The notes under the pieces were generated by a model. It made no database searches and was not told the origin of the DNA. It worked only from the letters and a program-made list of their open reading frames with translations. This document shows, piece by piece, positions 1 to 9,415 of a stretch of DNA of 24,963 nucleotides (position 1 is its first letter; each line of letters opens with the position of its first letter). Position numbers and translations under genes: made by a program. This DNA comes from a virus (lineage: Duplodnaviria; Caudoviricetes), in the IMG/VR virus record IMGVR_UViG_3300035661_000315, positions 1 to 24,963 of that record. One strand, written 5' to 3'.

Positions 1-1365
1 TTAGATTTTGACACTAATTTTTTAAGATTATATTTTAGTTATGGAAGAACTGGAAAAAATTTATATCCAGGATCTAAAGTTAGCGTTAATGTATTAAAAT
101 CATCTGGATCTTTAGGCAATGACATTACATCCATTGAAATAGAAGATGAATTGTTAAAAGAAAATCTAGTTTTAGAAACTGGTTCTGCACCTATAATGGT
201 TTCAGTAGGTTCAGATGAAGAATCTAATGAGAGCATAAAAATAAATGCTCCAGTTTTTTACAACACTGCAAACCGAGCAGTTACTGCTAGAGATTACCAA
301 GCTATATGTGAAAGACGAACTGAAATACAAAGATGTGCTGTTTGGGGTGGGGAACAAAAAATAGAAAAAGAAATTGGAAACGTCTATTTATCATTCTTGT
401 CAGCTGTAACCGCACAATTTTTAGATAAATTTAATCATGATAATTATAATAATGTTTATAGATTAGAGAAAACGGATCTATATGACCAAAATGGTGTAGC
501 TTTAGAACCAGATTCAGCTTCTTATTATGACACCAATTTTTACTTGACAGAAACTAATATTTCTGATATAATTAAGTACTTAGAACGTTATAAAATAATG
601 ACTATGAGTTTGATTCATAGAAACCCAGTCTTTATAGATGTTGATTACAAAATAAAAGTTATGAGATATTTGACTGACAGAAAAAATACTCAACAAGCTA
701 TATTTAATGTAATTAATTCTTATTTTAAATCTGATATGAATGAGTTCAATGTTGAATATTTTAATTCTAACATAATTAGAATGGTTGATAATCAATTAGG
801 TAATATATCTGGAGTTGAAATTGATGCTGAATTTTCAATAAATTTAAGCTCAGGAAATTTCATTAAAGTTAATGACAATTACATGTTTCAATTTTATTTA
901 GAATTTCCATTTGAAGACTTATATGATAATACCGTGCAAAAATTAGTTATTCCAGAAAACTTGCCAAATATAGACACTGTAGATTTTATTAAAAGCTCTA
1001 CAAACTCTGTAGATCATTCATTAGTTGTAGACTTTACTAGAATAAAACATTCCATTGATGTTACTGTTCCATATGAAATAAATGAAATTTCTGAGTTATC
1101 AAATTTAGTAGTTTTGCCTATAGTTTTTGCAGGTAAAGATGTTGGTATGTATATCATTAGAAATTCTGATTTAGATTCTAATAATTACATTAGAGTTGAC
1201 TTATGGATAAATAATGGAGAAAATGATAATAGCGTTTTTGCTAATTCTACATTATTAAAGAGCTATTTTTCACAACCACAAAAAATAAGATTAGCTAATA
1301 AAACAGACAATTTTAGATTTATGAGAAACAGTCTTCCAAGATTAAATAGCGTTGAATTTTTATAA
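1..1365 (+). CDS. gp6: Baseplate wedge subunit, T4 gp6-like (5'-truncated by window edge)
   Basis: Frame is open from base 1 (LDFDTNFLRLYFSYGRTGK...), so the tracked start at 151 is internal. Motifs 'ESNESIKINAP', 'NRAVTARDY' and 'VWGGE...GNVYLS' are typical of gp6/baseplate-J proteins. Confidence 0.88.
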   Translation, partial: LDFDTNFLRLYFSYGRTGKNLYPGSKVSVNVLKSSGSLGNDITSIEIEDELLKENLVLETGSAPIMVSVGSDEESNESIKINAPVFYNTANRAVTARDYQAICERRTEIQRCAVWGGEQKIEKEIGNVYLSFLSAVTAQFLDKFNHDNYNNVYRLEKTDLYDQNGVALEPDSASYYDTNFYLTETNISDIIKYLERYKIMTMSLIHRNPVFIDVDYKIKVMRYLTDRKNTQQAIFNVINSYFKSDMNEFNVEYFNSNIIRMVDNQLGNISGVEIDAEFSINLSSGNFIKVNDNYMFQFYLEFPFEDLYDNTVQKLVIPENLPNIDTVDFIKSSTNSVDHSLVVDFTRIKHSIDVTVPYEINEISELSNLVVLPIVFAGKDVGMYIIRNSDLDSNNYIRVDLWINNGENDNSVFANSTLLKSYFSQPQKIRLANKTDNFRFMRNSLPRLNSVEFL

Positions 1366-1376
1366 GGGGGAATTAA

Positions 1377-3545
1377 ATGACAAGAGAATTAGAAGTAGTC
1401 TTAAATGCATTAGTTCCAGATCATATAAAAGAAAATAATCCAGTAGTTTCTGAATTATTTAGAATATTTCTTGAATTTATTAATGAAACTTCATACGCCA
1501 AAGTTTCTAATCTATCAAATCTAGTAACTGCAATTCAAGAAGATGAAGCTGAAGATAAATCATCATTCAGTTATTATCCAGTTAACAAAAGAGAAAATAT
1601 AGAATTAAAAATGGCATTCGTAAATCTTTTTACTAATAATTTAAAAGATTTTTATGAAGTCATGAAAAATGATAAAGAAATAGACTCTAAATTAGAACAA
1701 TATGCAAGATTACTAGGTCTAGAAAAATCTGCATTGTATGATTTAACCAAGTTAAATGTAAACATTGATGAAGAAGTTATATCATGTTCTAAAAATTTAG
1801 CTCAAACAAAAGGTACAAATATACCATTTGATTTTTTATGTAACTTAATTGAAAATGAACAATTAGATCCTGGTATAGCGCCAATTGGAGATATAAAGGT
1901 TTTTGACCACAAAAACCCAGATACTGGAGAAGCTGAAGTATTGAAATATGAAGTAGAATCTTCTCTTCATAATGTAGTGTTCAATAAAGCTATAAAACCT
2001 TTGGTACATCCAGTTGGATTTGAAGTGATTTACACTAGAGTATTGAAATTATTAATTTCTGATTATTTCAACCTTAATGTAGAAAATTACGGATATAATG
2101 TTGTAGTAAAACAACAAAATGGAAGAACTTATAAATGGACTGATGTTTTAGATGCTTCTGGAAATGTAACTAATCAATCTATAAAAACATTCTCTTCTAA
2201 TATGAATGAATATGGAATAGAAGAATTGGACATACGTTTTATGTCCGGAGAACGTTTATATAGAATAGCTAATGGAGACCTGATTTATTATGATGTAAAC
2301 GGAACACCTCATAAATGGCCTAAAAAATATTATGATGTAGAGTATGCTTTCCGTAAAAGAATAACCGTTTTGACTAAAGATGTTAAAATAGATCATCATT
2401 GGAGCTATTGGACAGATGCATATGAAGTTTCTCATCGAAATGGAACTACTGTTATTGAATTTGTTAGAGATTATACCGAAAAAGTAGATCATATAGATGA
2501 TACTAAATCTTTAGAAGATGTCAAAGAATATACAGAGCCAATTTTAGTTACACATAATTCTATATTCAGACCAGAAGAATTTCCAGAGCCAACCGAATCA
2601 AAAACATTAGATATGACTAAATATATTTGGATGAATAATCCTAAATACATTGGAGTAGGTCCAAATGTTGGGACATTCAAATTAGGTGATCCAGTAAAAA
2701 TTAATGAAGATGAAGAGCAGTTCTGGGTAGATATGGATTATTATATCAAGTACTATCAAAAAGCTCTTGATGATGTAAAAGATGAATTATTAAAAAATAA
2801 AGATTTGTTATTCACTTATTCAACTAGAATTGGTAGACGTCGAATAGGAAGATGGTTAGGCGGTTCGGATCCAAGAAAAAAAGAAGATACCAGAGACGTC
2901 CCGAATTTGACAGGTGCTGCATTAAGAGCAAAAATAAGCTCATTGAAAAATGATATTTTTAGCAATGAAACAGATATAAAAACTATTGAAGATGCATTAT
3001 CCAAAGTTTATAGCGGCAGAGAAGAGTTTTACTTCATTGTAGAAGGGGAAACGTTAAAAGATGATTATATATTAAGTGAAAACATTGAAAAAACCGATAA
3101 TCATTTTTTAACAGACACTGGTCATATCACGGATGAATTGGTATCAACTACGATGTTGATTGATATGTCAAATGCAGATGGTATGACTTTAGGTTTAGAT
3201 GCTTTAGGTTCTAAACCTTTAGGATATGAAGATTCATTAGACACAGAAGATGGAGCTGGGATTTTCACTTATGTTAAAAATCAAGATGGTTCATTTTCTT
3301 TAGTTGATTATTTGAGCTTCATTGGTGATGCTATTACCTTGGACTCTGAAATTATTAGCGATTATAAAAGAATGATTTCTGAAATAGATTTAGATATCAC
3401 AGATATAACTATGAGAATAAATGAAATAGTTGGAATTTGGGGAGTATATGAACGAACCAAACTTCGATTGGAACGTGATGAAATGATAAAAACTAAACAA
3501 GCTATTCAAACAGAGTTAAATAATATCTTAAATAAATACAATTAA
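1377..3545 (+). CDS. Baseplate wedge subunit, T4 gp7-like (722 aa)
   Basis: Directly follows gp6, with RBS AAGGGGG. N-terminal 'P..I.E..P...E.F..F.E', 'KGT...F' and 'IKPLVHPVGF' motifs of gp7-like wedge proteins. Confidence 0.7.
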   Translation: MTRELEVVLNALVPDHIKENNPVVSELFRIFLEFINETSYAKVSNLSNLVTAIQEDEAEDKSSFSYYPVNKRENIELKMAFVNLFTNNLKDFYEVMKNDKEIDSKLEQYARLLGLEKSALYDLTKLNVNIDEEVISCSKNLAQTKGTNIPFDFLCNLIENEQLDPGIAPIGDIKVFDHKNPDTGEAEVLKYEVESSLHNVVFNKAIKPLVHPVGFEVIYTRVLKLLISDYFNLNVENYGYNVVVKQQNGRTYKWTDVLDASGNVTNQSIKTFSSNMNEYGIEELDIRFMSGERLYRIANGDLIYYDVNGTPHKWPKKYYDVEYAFRKRITVLTKDVKIDHHWSYWTDAYEVSHRNGTTVIEFVRDYTEKVDHIDDTKSLEDVKEYTEPILVTHNSIFRPEEFPEPTESKTLDMTKYIWMNNPKYIGVGPNVGTFKLGDPVKINEDEEQFWVDMDYYIKYYQKALDDVKDELLKNKDLLFTYSTRIGRRRIGRWLGGSDPRKKEDTRDVPNLTGAALRAKISSLKNDIFSNETDIKTIEDALSKVYSGREEFYFIVEGETLKDDYILSENIEKTDNHFLTDTGHITDELVSTTMLIDMSNADGMTLGLDALGSKPLGYEDSLDTEDGAGIFTYVKNQDGSFSLVDYLSFIGDAITLDSEIISDYKRMISEIDLDITDITMRINEIVGIWGVYERTKLRLERDEMIKTKQAIQTELNNILNKYN
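3531..3538 (+). promoter_or_regulatory. Possible T4-type late promoter (AATAAATA variant)
   Basis: One mismatch to TATAAATA, about 30 nt upstream of the 3567 start. AT-rich background lowers confidence. Confidence 0.35.
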
Positions 3546-3566
3546 TTAATTAAAAGGAAACTATAA

Positions 3567-4184
3567 ATGTTATCAGATAAAATTCAATTTCAAGGACATT
3601 TTACAGTCCAAGCATATAATGAAAAAGATGAATTGATAGAAGAATATTCTGAAAAGAATCTAATCATGGACGCAGCTAGAAAAAATATGGCTGAATTAAT
3701 TGCTGGATTAGCTGTAGGAAAAGTCATCAATCGTTTCATTTTAGGAACTAGAGGACATGTAGGAACTGATTTATTGTCTCCTAAAGTAGTTGGTGGAGCA
3801 TATACTGAAGGTAGCTTCGATTCTTCTAAAACAAGATTGTATTCAGAAGAAGCTCCAGGTGGTACTCCTTACTGGTACGTAGATTTTATTCCAAATCCAT
3901 TGGGTGGAAATGCTACAGTTCAAAGTGTAGTTAATACAGTAAATGGTTCAGAAACCACTTCAGATGTAGTTGTTAATATTGGCGTTTCTGGAAAAGAAAC
4001 TACTTATACAATTACAGTTCCTGTAACTAGTGCAAACAATCCAGCAGGTCCAGTTGCTTACACAGAAGCAGGATTAGTATCAGTTGCTGGTGGAGATGTT
4101 GATTTGTTTTCAATGAAATGTTTCCCAGCAAGAGTTAAGGAAGATACTGTAAAATTAGTAATTGTTTGGAAAATTATATTTTAA
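3567..4184 (+). CDS. Baseplate/tail-fibre attachment structural protein (205 aa)
   Basis: 'NLIMD.AR..MA.L', 'GT.G', 'TEAGL', 'LFS...FP...K......I.W.I.F' pattern resembles the baseplate-binding N-terminal fold of P2 gpH-like proteins. RBS AAGGA. Confidence 0.6.
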   Translation: MLSDKIQFQGHFTVQAYNEKDELIEEYSEKNLIMDAARKNMAELIAGLAVGKVINRFILGTRGHVGTDLLSPKVVGGAYTEGSFDSSKTRLYSEEAPGGTPYWYVDFIPNPLGGNATVQSVVNTVNGSETTSDVVVNIGVSGKETTYTITVPVTSANNPAGPVAYTEAGLVSVAGGDVDLFSMKCFPARVKEDTVKLVIVWKIIF

Positions 4185-4185
4185 A

Positions 4186-4207
4186 TTAAGCATATATATG
4201 TTATAAT
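4186..4207 (+). promoter_or_regulatory. Host sigma70-type extended -10 promoter of the endonuclease gene
   Basis: TTAAG-N8-TG-T-TATAAT, same spacing as the promoters at 23441 and 23914. Confidence 0.7.
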
Positions 4208-4230
4208 AATAAAAAGATTATAACATATAT
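4194..4230 (+). promoter_or_regulatory. 14-bp perfect inverted repeat covering the endonuclease translation start
   Basis: ATATATGTTATAAT (4194-4207) pairs with ATTATAACATATAT (4217-4230). The ATG is at 4229-4231. Confidence 0.7.
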
Positions 4231-5857
4231 GGATAGATTAGAATTATTAAAACAATTTTACCCAGATGGTGACATTTCTAAAAGATGTACCCAAGACACA
4301 TCTAAATATACTACATTTGAGATGGAGTTAAAAAATCTAACTCCATTTCTCCCTAACAATACCCCCTCACGTACTAGATTATTTTATATAAAATTAGATT
4401 TACACGAACCACAATTTTGCAATAATCCCTCGTGCAATAATCTAGTTTCACCTGATAGAAATAACAAATTCAAAACATATTGCTCAAATGAATGTCAGCG
4501 CACTTGTACCAATAATCTATTAAAATCAAATTCAAAGAAACACGAAGAATCCATTTTAAGAAAAGAATCTAATGTATGTAGATATTGCGGAAAACAATTA
4601 GTTTATGTTAGAAAAGAAAATAAGCACAGATGTACTAATTTTTTGTGTAAGGTTATTGAAAAATATTCACTTGATAGGAGTTTTCTTGAGATTGATAAGG
4701 TTAGTTCAAAATATCTACATAATTTATTGGATTTATTGAATATACCATATAATAAATCTTTAAATATATCTGAATTAAAATATTGCCTGAAAAATAATTT
4801 AACTACCCCTCCCGAGGGTTTTACAACTGAACATTTATATATTAAACAACAAGCTTTTATAGATAGACAGAAAAATAAACTACTAGATCACAATATATTG
4901 CTATCTAATAATTTTTTTCCTTATGAACTTCATTGCCAAACTTGCAAAAATGTATTTACTCATTCATTAAAGAATGTAACCTATAATCCATGCAAGATGT
5001 GTAATCCAAAACCATACGGGACATCGTATGCTGAATTAGAAGTTAAAGAATTTATAGAATCTTTAGGTTTTAGAACTGAAGCTAAAAGATTGCCAGGTGT
5101 AAATGAAATAGATATTTTTATACCTGAGTTAAATATAGGTTTTGAATATAATGGATTATATTGGCATTCAGAATCTATGGGAAAAGACAAAAATTACCAT
5201 TTAAACAAACAGAAAATAAGTGAAGAATTGGGAATAACATTATTTCATATATTTGAACATCATTGGTTGAATAAACAAGAAATAGTTAAATATAATTAAG
5301 TCTAAATTAAAAAAATTATCTACAAAATGTTATGCCCGTCAAGTCACTATAAAAGAAATACCTAATAATATCAAAAACGAATTTTTAGAAAATAATCATA
5401 TCCAAGGAAAAGATATATCATCTGTAAAGTTAGGGGCTTATTTAAAAGATGAGCTGGTGTCCGTAATGACATTCAAGAAATCCTCATATAAATCCGGAGA
5501 GATTGAACTATCTAGATTTTGCACTTTATTAGATTTCCATATCCCAGGAATGTTTAGTAAATTTTTATCATATTTTAAATTAAATTATGAATCAGAAAAT
5601 ATAATATCTTATGCTGATATATCTAGAAATCCTGGGAAAAAAGTTTATGAGGAGTTTTCTAAGAAATCGGAAATAACTCCTCCATCTTATTGGTATTTTA
5701 AAGATGGAGAGGTTTTTCATAGATCTACATTTATGAAACATAAACTAAAAAAAATTACTTGAAGTGTTTGATTCTGAGTTAACGGAATATGAAAATATGC
5801 TAAATAATGGATATGGATAGATATTGGGATTGTGGCACTATAAAATATTTCCTATAA
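4229..5857 (+). pseudogene. Hef-like homing endonuclease (Zn-ribbon N-terminus, Vsr/DUF559-like nuclease, C-terminal domain) with three frameshifts
   Basis: Cys pairs (CNNPSC, YCSNEC, CRYCG, CQTC, CKMC) and nuclease motif 'EIDIFIPELNIGFEYNGLYWHS'. Homology continues after shifts at ~5291 (IIKSKLKK...YARQ...NHIQG...ELSRFC...ISYAD), ~5754 (A8 run; LLEVFDSELTEYENM) and ~5815 (DRYWDCG...FL*), ending TAA 5855-5857. Merges tracked ORFs 4229..5299 and 5457..5762. Confidence 0.85.
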
Positions 5858-5860
5858 ATA
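5853..5860 (+). promoter_or_regulatory. T4-type late promoter TATAAATA
   Basis: Perfect consensus 25 nt upstream of the fibre gene at 5886. Confidence 0.7.
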
Positions 5861-5885
5861 TATTAATTAGATAATAGGAAAAATA

Positions 5886-6941
5886 ATGCCGATTAACATA
5901 TCTCTTTTAAAAGAAGGCGATAAACGCCCAGACAATTTCAACACTCCTCTTATTCAGCTCAATCAAGGAAAAGAAGATAGAATTCCTTTTCCGGAAAAAT
6001 CCGGGCTAGTTTTAACTTCAGATATTAATGGTAATAAAACCTGGATTGAAAACATTAAATTAGGGAATACTAGCTCTACTGCTTTTAGAGGAGATTATGG
6101 TCAGATTGCATTCAATCATAGCCAATTACCTCACGATTATTATGCAAAAACTGGTGGCAAGATAACTGGTGATGTTGAAATAACCGGAACATTAACATTG
6201 AGTACCACAAATAAAATTCAAGCTGTATCTGCTGATACTGTAGTAACATCTAATGGGTTTTTGAAAGTGGTTGGATTAGGAATAAAATTAGATTCACCTA
6301 CGAATGATTTTACAATTCGTCCATATAATGGCGTAAATACTAAAGGAGTAGGTTTATACATCAACTCTGATTTATTTAGTTTCGGTAAATGGCAAGAAGG
6401 TCAAGGACCTCAAGATGAAATGGTTTTATTTTCTAGTATGCCTAAAGTTTATATCGGTGACCAAGTTAGAGCTCAAAACATTTCAGCACCTATAATTACT
6501 GCAGGTACATCTCAATTGGATAGTACTGGATTATCTATAGGGGGGCATAAAGTTATTGATTCTTCAGGAACAATATCAGGGGCTAATATTGATTTAGTTG
6601 CAGATTATGAATCTCCGTGGATATATGTATCTGGTGGTAATACTTTTTCAATACCACATAATTTAGGAATTAGACCTCGTTTTTATCAAATAGTTTTTTC
6701 ACATGATAATTCAAATTCAGATACTAAACAAGTGTTTACTATACCACATATTCAAACAACTGCTAATAATTATTGGTGGTATTGGTGGTACGGTTGGAAT
6801 GGTTATGGCGCCAATTGTTATACATTGGTAGAGTCTTACGATAATATACATTACTGGATAAGAACGGGAGATGGTGGAGTTTATACGAACGCAAACAATC
6901 GTTATAGTTCAGGTTATGTAAAAATAATGTTTTGGAAATAA
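5886..6941 (+). CDS. Tail fibre / receptor-binding protein (351 aa)
   Basis: Fibre motifs 'LGNTSSTAFRGDYG..A..HS', 'KTGGKITGDVEITG' and 'IGGHKVIDSSG'. C-terminal beta domain 'YESPW...F.IPHNLGIRP...GYVKIMFWK'. Followed by a chaperone-like gene. Confidence 0.75.
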   Translation: MPINISLLKEGDKRPDNFNTPLIQLNQGKEDRIPFPEKSGLVLTSDINGNKTWIENIKLGNTSSTAFRGDYGQIAFNHSQLPHDYYAKTGGKITGDVEITGTLTLSTTNKIQAVSADTVVTSNGFLKVVGLGIKLDSPTNDFTIRPYNGVNTKGVGLYINSDLFSFGKWQEGQGPQDEMVLFSSMPKVYIGDQVRAQNISAPIITAGTSQLDSTGLSIGGHKVIDSSGTISGANIDLVADYESPWIYVSGGNTFSIPHNLGIRPRFYQIVFSHDNSNSDTKQVFTIPHIQTTANNYWWYWWYGWNGYGANCYTLVESYDNIHYWIRTGDGGVYTNANNRYSSGYVKIMFWK

Positions 6942-6950
6942 GGAGAAAAT

Positions 6951-7310
6951 ATGTACATTTATTATAAACCAAATGGTGACATAGTTTCTATGGCAGAAAT
7001 TGAAATTGTAGTTGACGGAGCAAAACAATTAAAAATTGATGAGGAAATAGATCCTCGTGATTATATAGTAATTAATGATGAACTACAAAAAAGATCTATA
7101 CAGTTGCAAACAGTGACCGTAAATGAAGAATTGAAACCTTTAGATGAAAATACAATTTTCTTGAATGCTACAGATTATAAAGTAATAAAATATCGAGATC
7201 AATTGGATTTGGGAATAACTCCAGATTTAACAGAATCGGAATATATTGCATTGTTACAAAAAAGACAAGATGCCAGAAATGCAATATCTGCAAGTAAGGA
7301 GATTAAATAA
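6951..7310 (+). CDS. Tail fibre assembly/chaperone-like protein
   Basis: C-terminal 'FLNATDYKVIKYRDQ......L...EY..L...RQ.AR..I' motif typical of fibre chaperones. Located immediately after the fibre gene. Confidence 0.7.
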   Translation: MYIYYKPNGDIVSMAEIEIVVDGAKQLKIDEEIDPRDYIVINDELQKRSIQLQTVTVNEELKPLDENTIFLNATDYKVIKYRDQLDLGITPDLTESEYIALLQKRQDARNAISASKEIK

Positions 7311-8938
7311 TGACTAGATATTTAACTACAGAAGCTGAGTTCATATCACTATTGGCAAAAAATGGTGAATGGGCTTCAGAACAAAACATAAACAAATCTA
7401 TCCTTGTTTTGAAAAATGAACAACTTGATATGAACCGAAGAATGAATTTAATCTTCGGGGAACGTCCAGCTGAGTGGTCGGAAACCACTGAATATTATTT
7501 AGGGGATTTAATTCAATTTTCAGGAATATATTATGTTTGTGTAAAAGATAACACAGGTAGACAACCCGATTTTAATCCAGAAGAATGGGAAATTGTGCCC
7601 ATTGATATTGATGCAGACCAAATAGCATATAATAGATATATCATACAAGATAAAGATCCACAAACAGAAGATGATACTATTTGGACTTTAAAGCAATTAC
7701 AAAATCAAATCCTTTATACTGAAAGACCTGCAAATGTTTTTGCTGCTATAAATGGTTTAGATAGATTAAAAGCAAATATAAATGGAAATCCACAAGAGTT
7801 ATTTTTAGTTAAAGACAGTGATAATGCATTATCTGCAGTAACTCGACAGTGGGCTTTGGTTCAACTGGATACAAGAGCTGCTGTAAATGGAAGCAATCTT
7901 ATAAATTTTAATGTTGCGGTTCCAACAGCAAGCACACATGCTACTCCTAAATCATATGTAGATGATTTAGGAAAAGATTTTGATAATAAATTGTTAAATT
8001 ATGCAGCTATAAATGGAAACAGTTCTAAAGTATTTAATGTATCTACTCCAGTTTTAGCTACACACGCTGCAACTAAAGGATATGTAGATACAGAGCTTCA
8101 AAATGTTATAGCAAATGGAAGCAATAATATTATTAAAAAAATTGATAAAGTTATAGTGGCAGGACAAGAAGCTAGTACATCAGTTGGTGTGACTATGGAA
8201 TCTGGAAAAGTTATGATTTATTCTGGATCTGTTTTGATGTATGAAGGTGTGGATTATACATTAAGCGGAAGCGTTATTATTTGGACAACTAATCGTTTCA
8301 TAGGTGAGCGAATAACTATTTTGTTTTTAGAAGAGGGTGCATTAACTGCAATTTTAGATCCAATTTATGTTAAACAAACTGGCGATGAAATGTCGGGTAT
8401 TTTGAAATGTTCAGTATTACCAACAACAGATTCAGATTTAACTAATAAACAATATGTAGATTCAACCCAAACAAAATCTAATACTTACACCGATAATAAA
8501 ATAGCTGAAGTTAATAATTTCTTAGTTCCTCCCGGTGGTATTATATCTTTTTCAGGTACAGCTATAGAGTTAGCTAACTTGGCTCCATATTGGTATCTTT
8601 GTGATGGCTCTAATCAAACACCGGACCTTAGAGGTAGATTTATTTTAGGTGAAGGATTCATAGGTGCTGATAATTTTGTTTTTGGGCAAGCCGGTGGAAG
8701 TGTAAATAAAAACATTTCTGTAGACAATTTACCTCCCCATAATCATGAATTGTTAATGGGGCAAGAAGGACCTAGCGCGCATAATGCACCTGATGGATAT
8801 GATGAATTGACACTCAAACCGGTTACTCCTGGAGTTTCTGGAAATAAGACTGTTGTAAATACAACAGGTGCAGGACAACCAATCAATATAATGCCACCAT
8901 ATTATGTTCTTTCATATATTATGAGATCTAAATCTTAA
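7310..8938 (+). CDS. Tail fibre protein with N-terminal CBM5/12-like module and C-terminal tail-collar domain (542 aa)
   Basis: 'EWSETTEYYLGDLI.F.G.YY.C......P...PEEWE' module, repeated 'A.NG.....FNV..P...THA..K.YVD' units, and collar 'PPGGIISFSG...WYLCDG...TPDLRGRFILG...LPPHNH...NIMPPYYVLSYIMR'. Confidence 0.85.
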   Translation: MTRYLTTEAEFISLLAKNGEWASEQNINKSILVLKNEQLDMNRRMNLIFGERPAEWSETTEYYLGDLIQFSGIYYVCVKDNTGRQPDFNPEEWEIVPIDIDADQIAYNRYIIQDKDPQTEDDTIWTLKQLQNQILYTERPANVFAAINGLDRLKANINGNPQELFLVKDSDNALSAVTRQWALVQLDTRAAVNGSNLINFNVAVPTASTHATPKSYVDDLGKDFDNKLLNYAAINGNSSKVFNVSTPVLATHAATKGYVDTELQNVIANGSNNIIKKIDKVIVAGQEASTSVGVTMESGKVMIYSGSVLMYEGVDYTLSGSVIIWTTNRFIGERITILFLEEGALTAILDPIYVKQTGDEMSGILKCSVLPTTDSDLTNKQYVDSTQTKSNTYTDNKIAEVNNFLVPPGGIISFSGTAIELANLAPYWYLCDGSNQTPDLRGRFILGEGFIGADNFVFGQAGGSVNKNISVDNLPPHNHELLMGQEGPSAHNAPDGYDELTLKPVTPGVSGNKTVVNTTGAGQPINIMPPYYVLSYIMRSKS

Positions 8939-8947
8939 GGAGAAAAT

Positions 8948-9406
8948 ATGCCAACAAAAGCTAAATTAGAAAGGGTAGAGCAGCCAGATCTATCTGGATA
9001 TTTAACTACTGACCATTATAATCAGCTAGTTTCTATGATAAACGGAGCAAATGCTGCGGCTGCTCAGGCAGCCCAAGAGGCATCGAGGGCAGCTAGAGCA
9101 GCCGACGTAAAATACGGAACTGTCTCATCGGTAGGTCAATTAACCCCCGGAACTTATTCACACAATTTGGCTGCAATCACTGGTACAAGCGGTCCTGATT
9201 GGGTTTACTCAATGATAGTCACTTCTACTGGATCAACCGAAGCTACTCAAGGATATTCAAATACTGTAGTTGGAAATCCATCGTTTTCTTCACAGGTTTT
9301 CGGATCTACTGGAATCGTTACAATAACAGCTACAGCCGCTACAGGTTATAGAGCAAGACAAGCCTCATTATCTTATACAATTGCAGTTACTGCAAGACAC
9401 CCATAA
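8948..9406 (+). CDS. Short fibre-like/structural protein, Ala-rich helix plus Ser/Thr/Gly-rich beta domain (152 aa)
   Basis: RBS AAGGAG. Compositionally virion-like. No recognised family. Confidence 0.5.
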   Translation: MPTKAKLERVEQPDLSGYLTTDHYNQLVSMINGANAAAAQAAQEASRAARAADVKYGTVSSVGQLTPGTYSHNLAAITGTSGPDWVYSMIVTSTGSTEATQGYSNTVVGNPSFSSQVFGSTGIVTITATAATGYRARQASLSYTIAVTARHP

Positions 9407-9415
9407 AGGAAAATA

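Noticed and set aside
4229-5857. Stop-codon reassignment or programmed frameshifting
   Set aside because: Breaks are frame changes at three unrelated contexts, and all essential genes read through in the standard code.
8948-9406. Classical RiPP precursor for the U32 enzyme
   Set aside because: No Cys-rich or repeated core and no recognisable leader. It looks like a structural protein and is kept only as a possible substrate.
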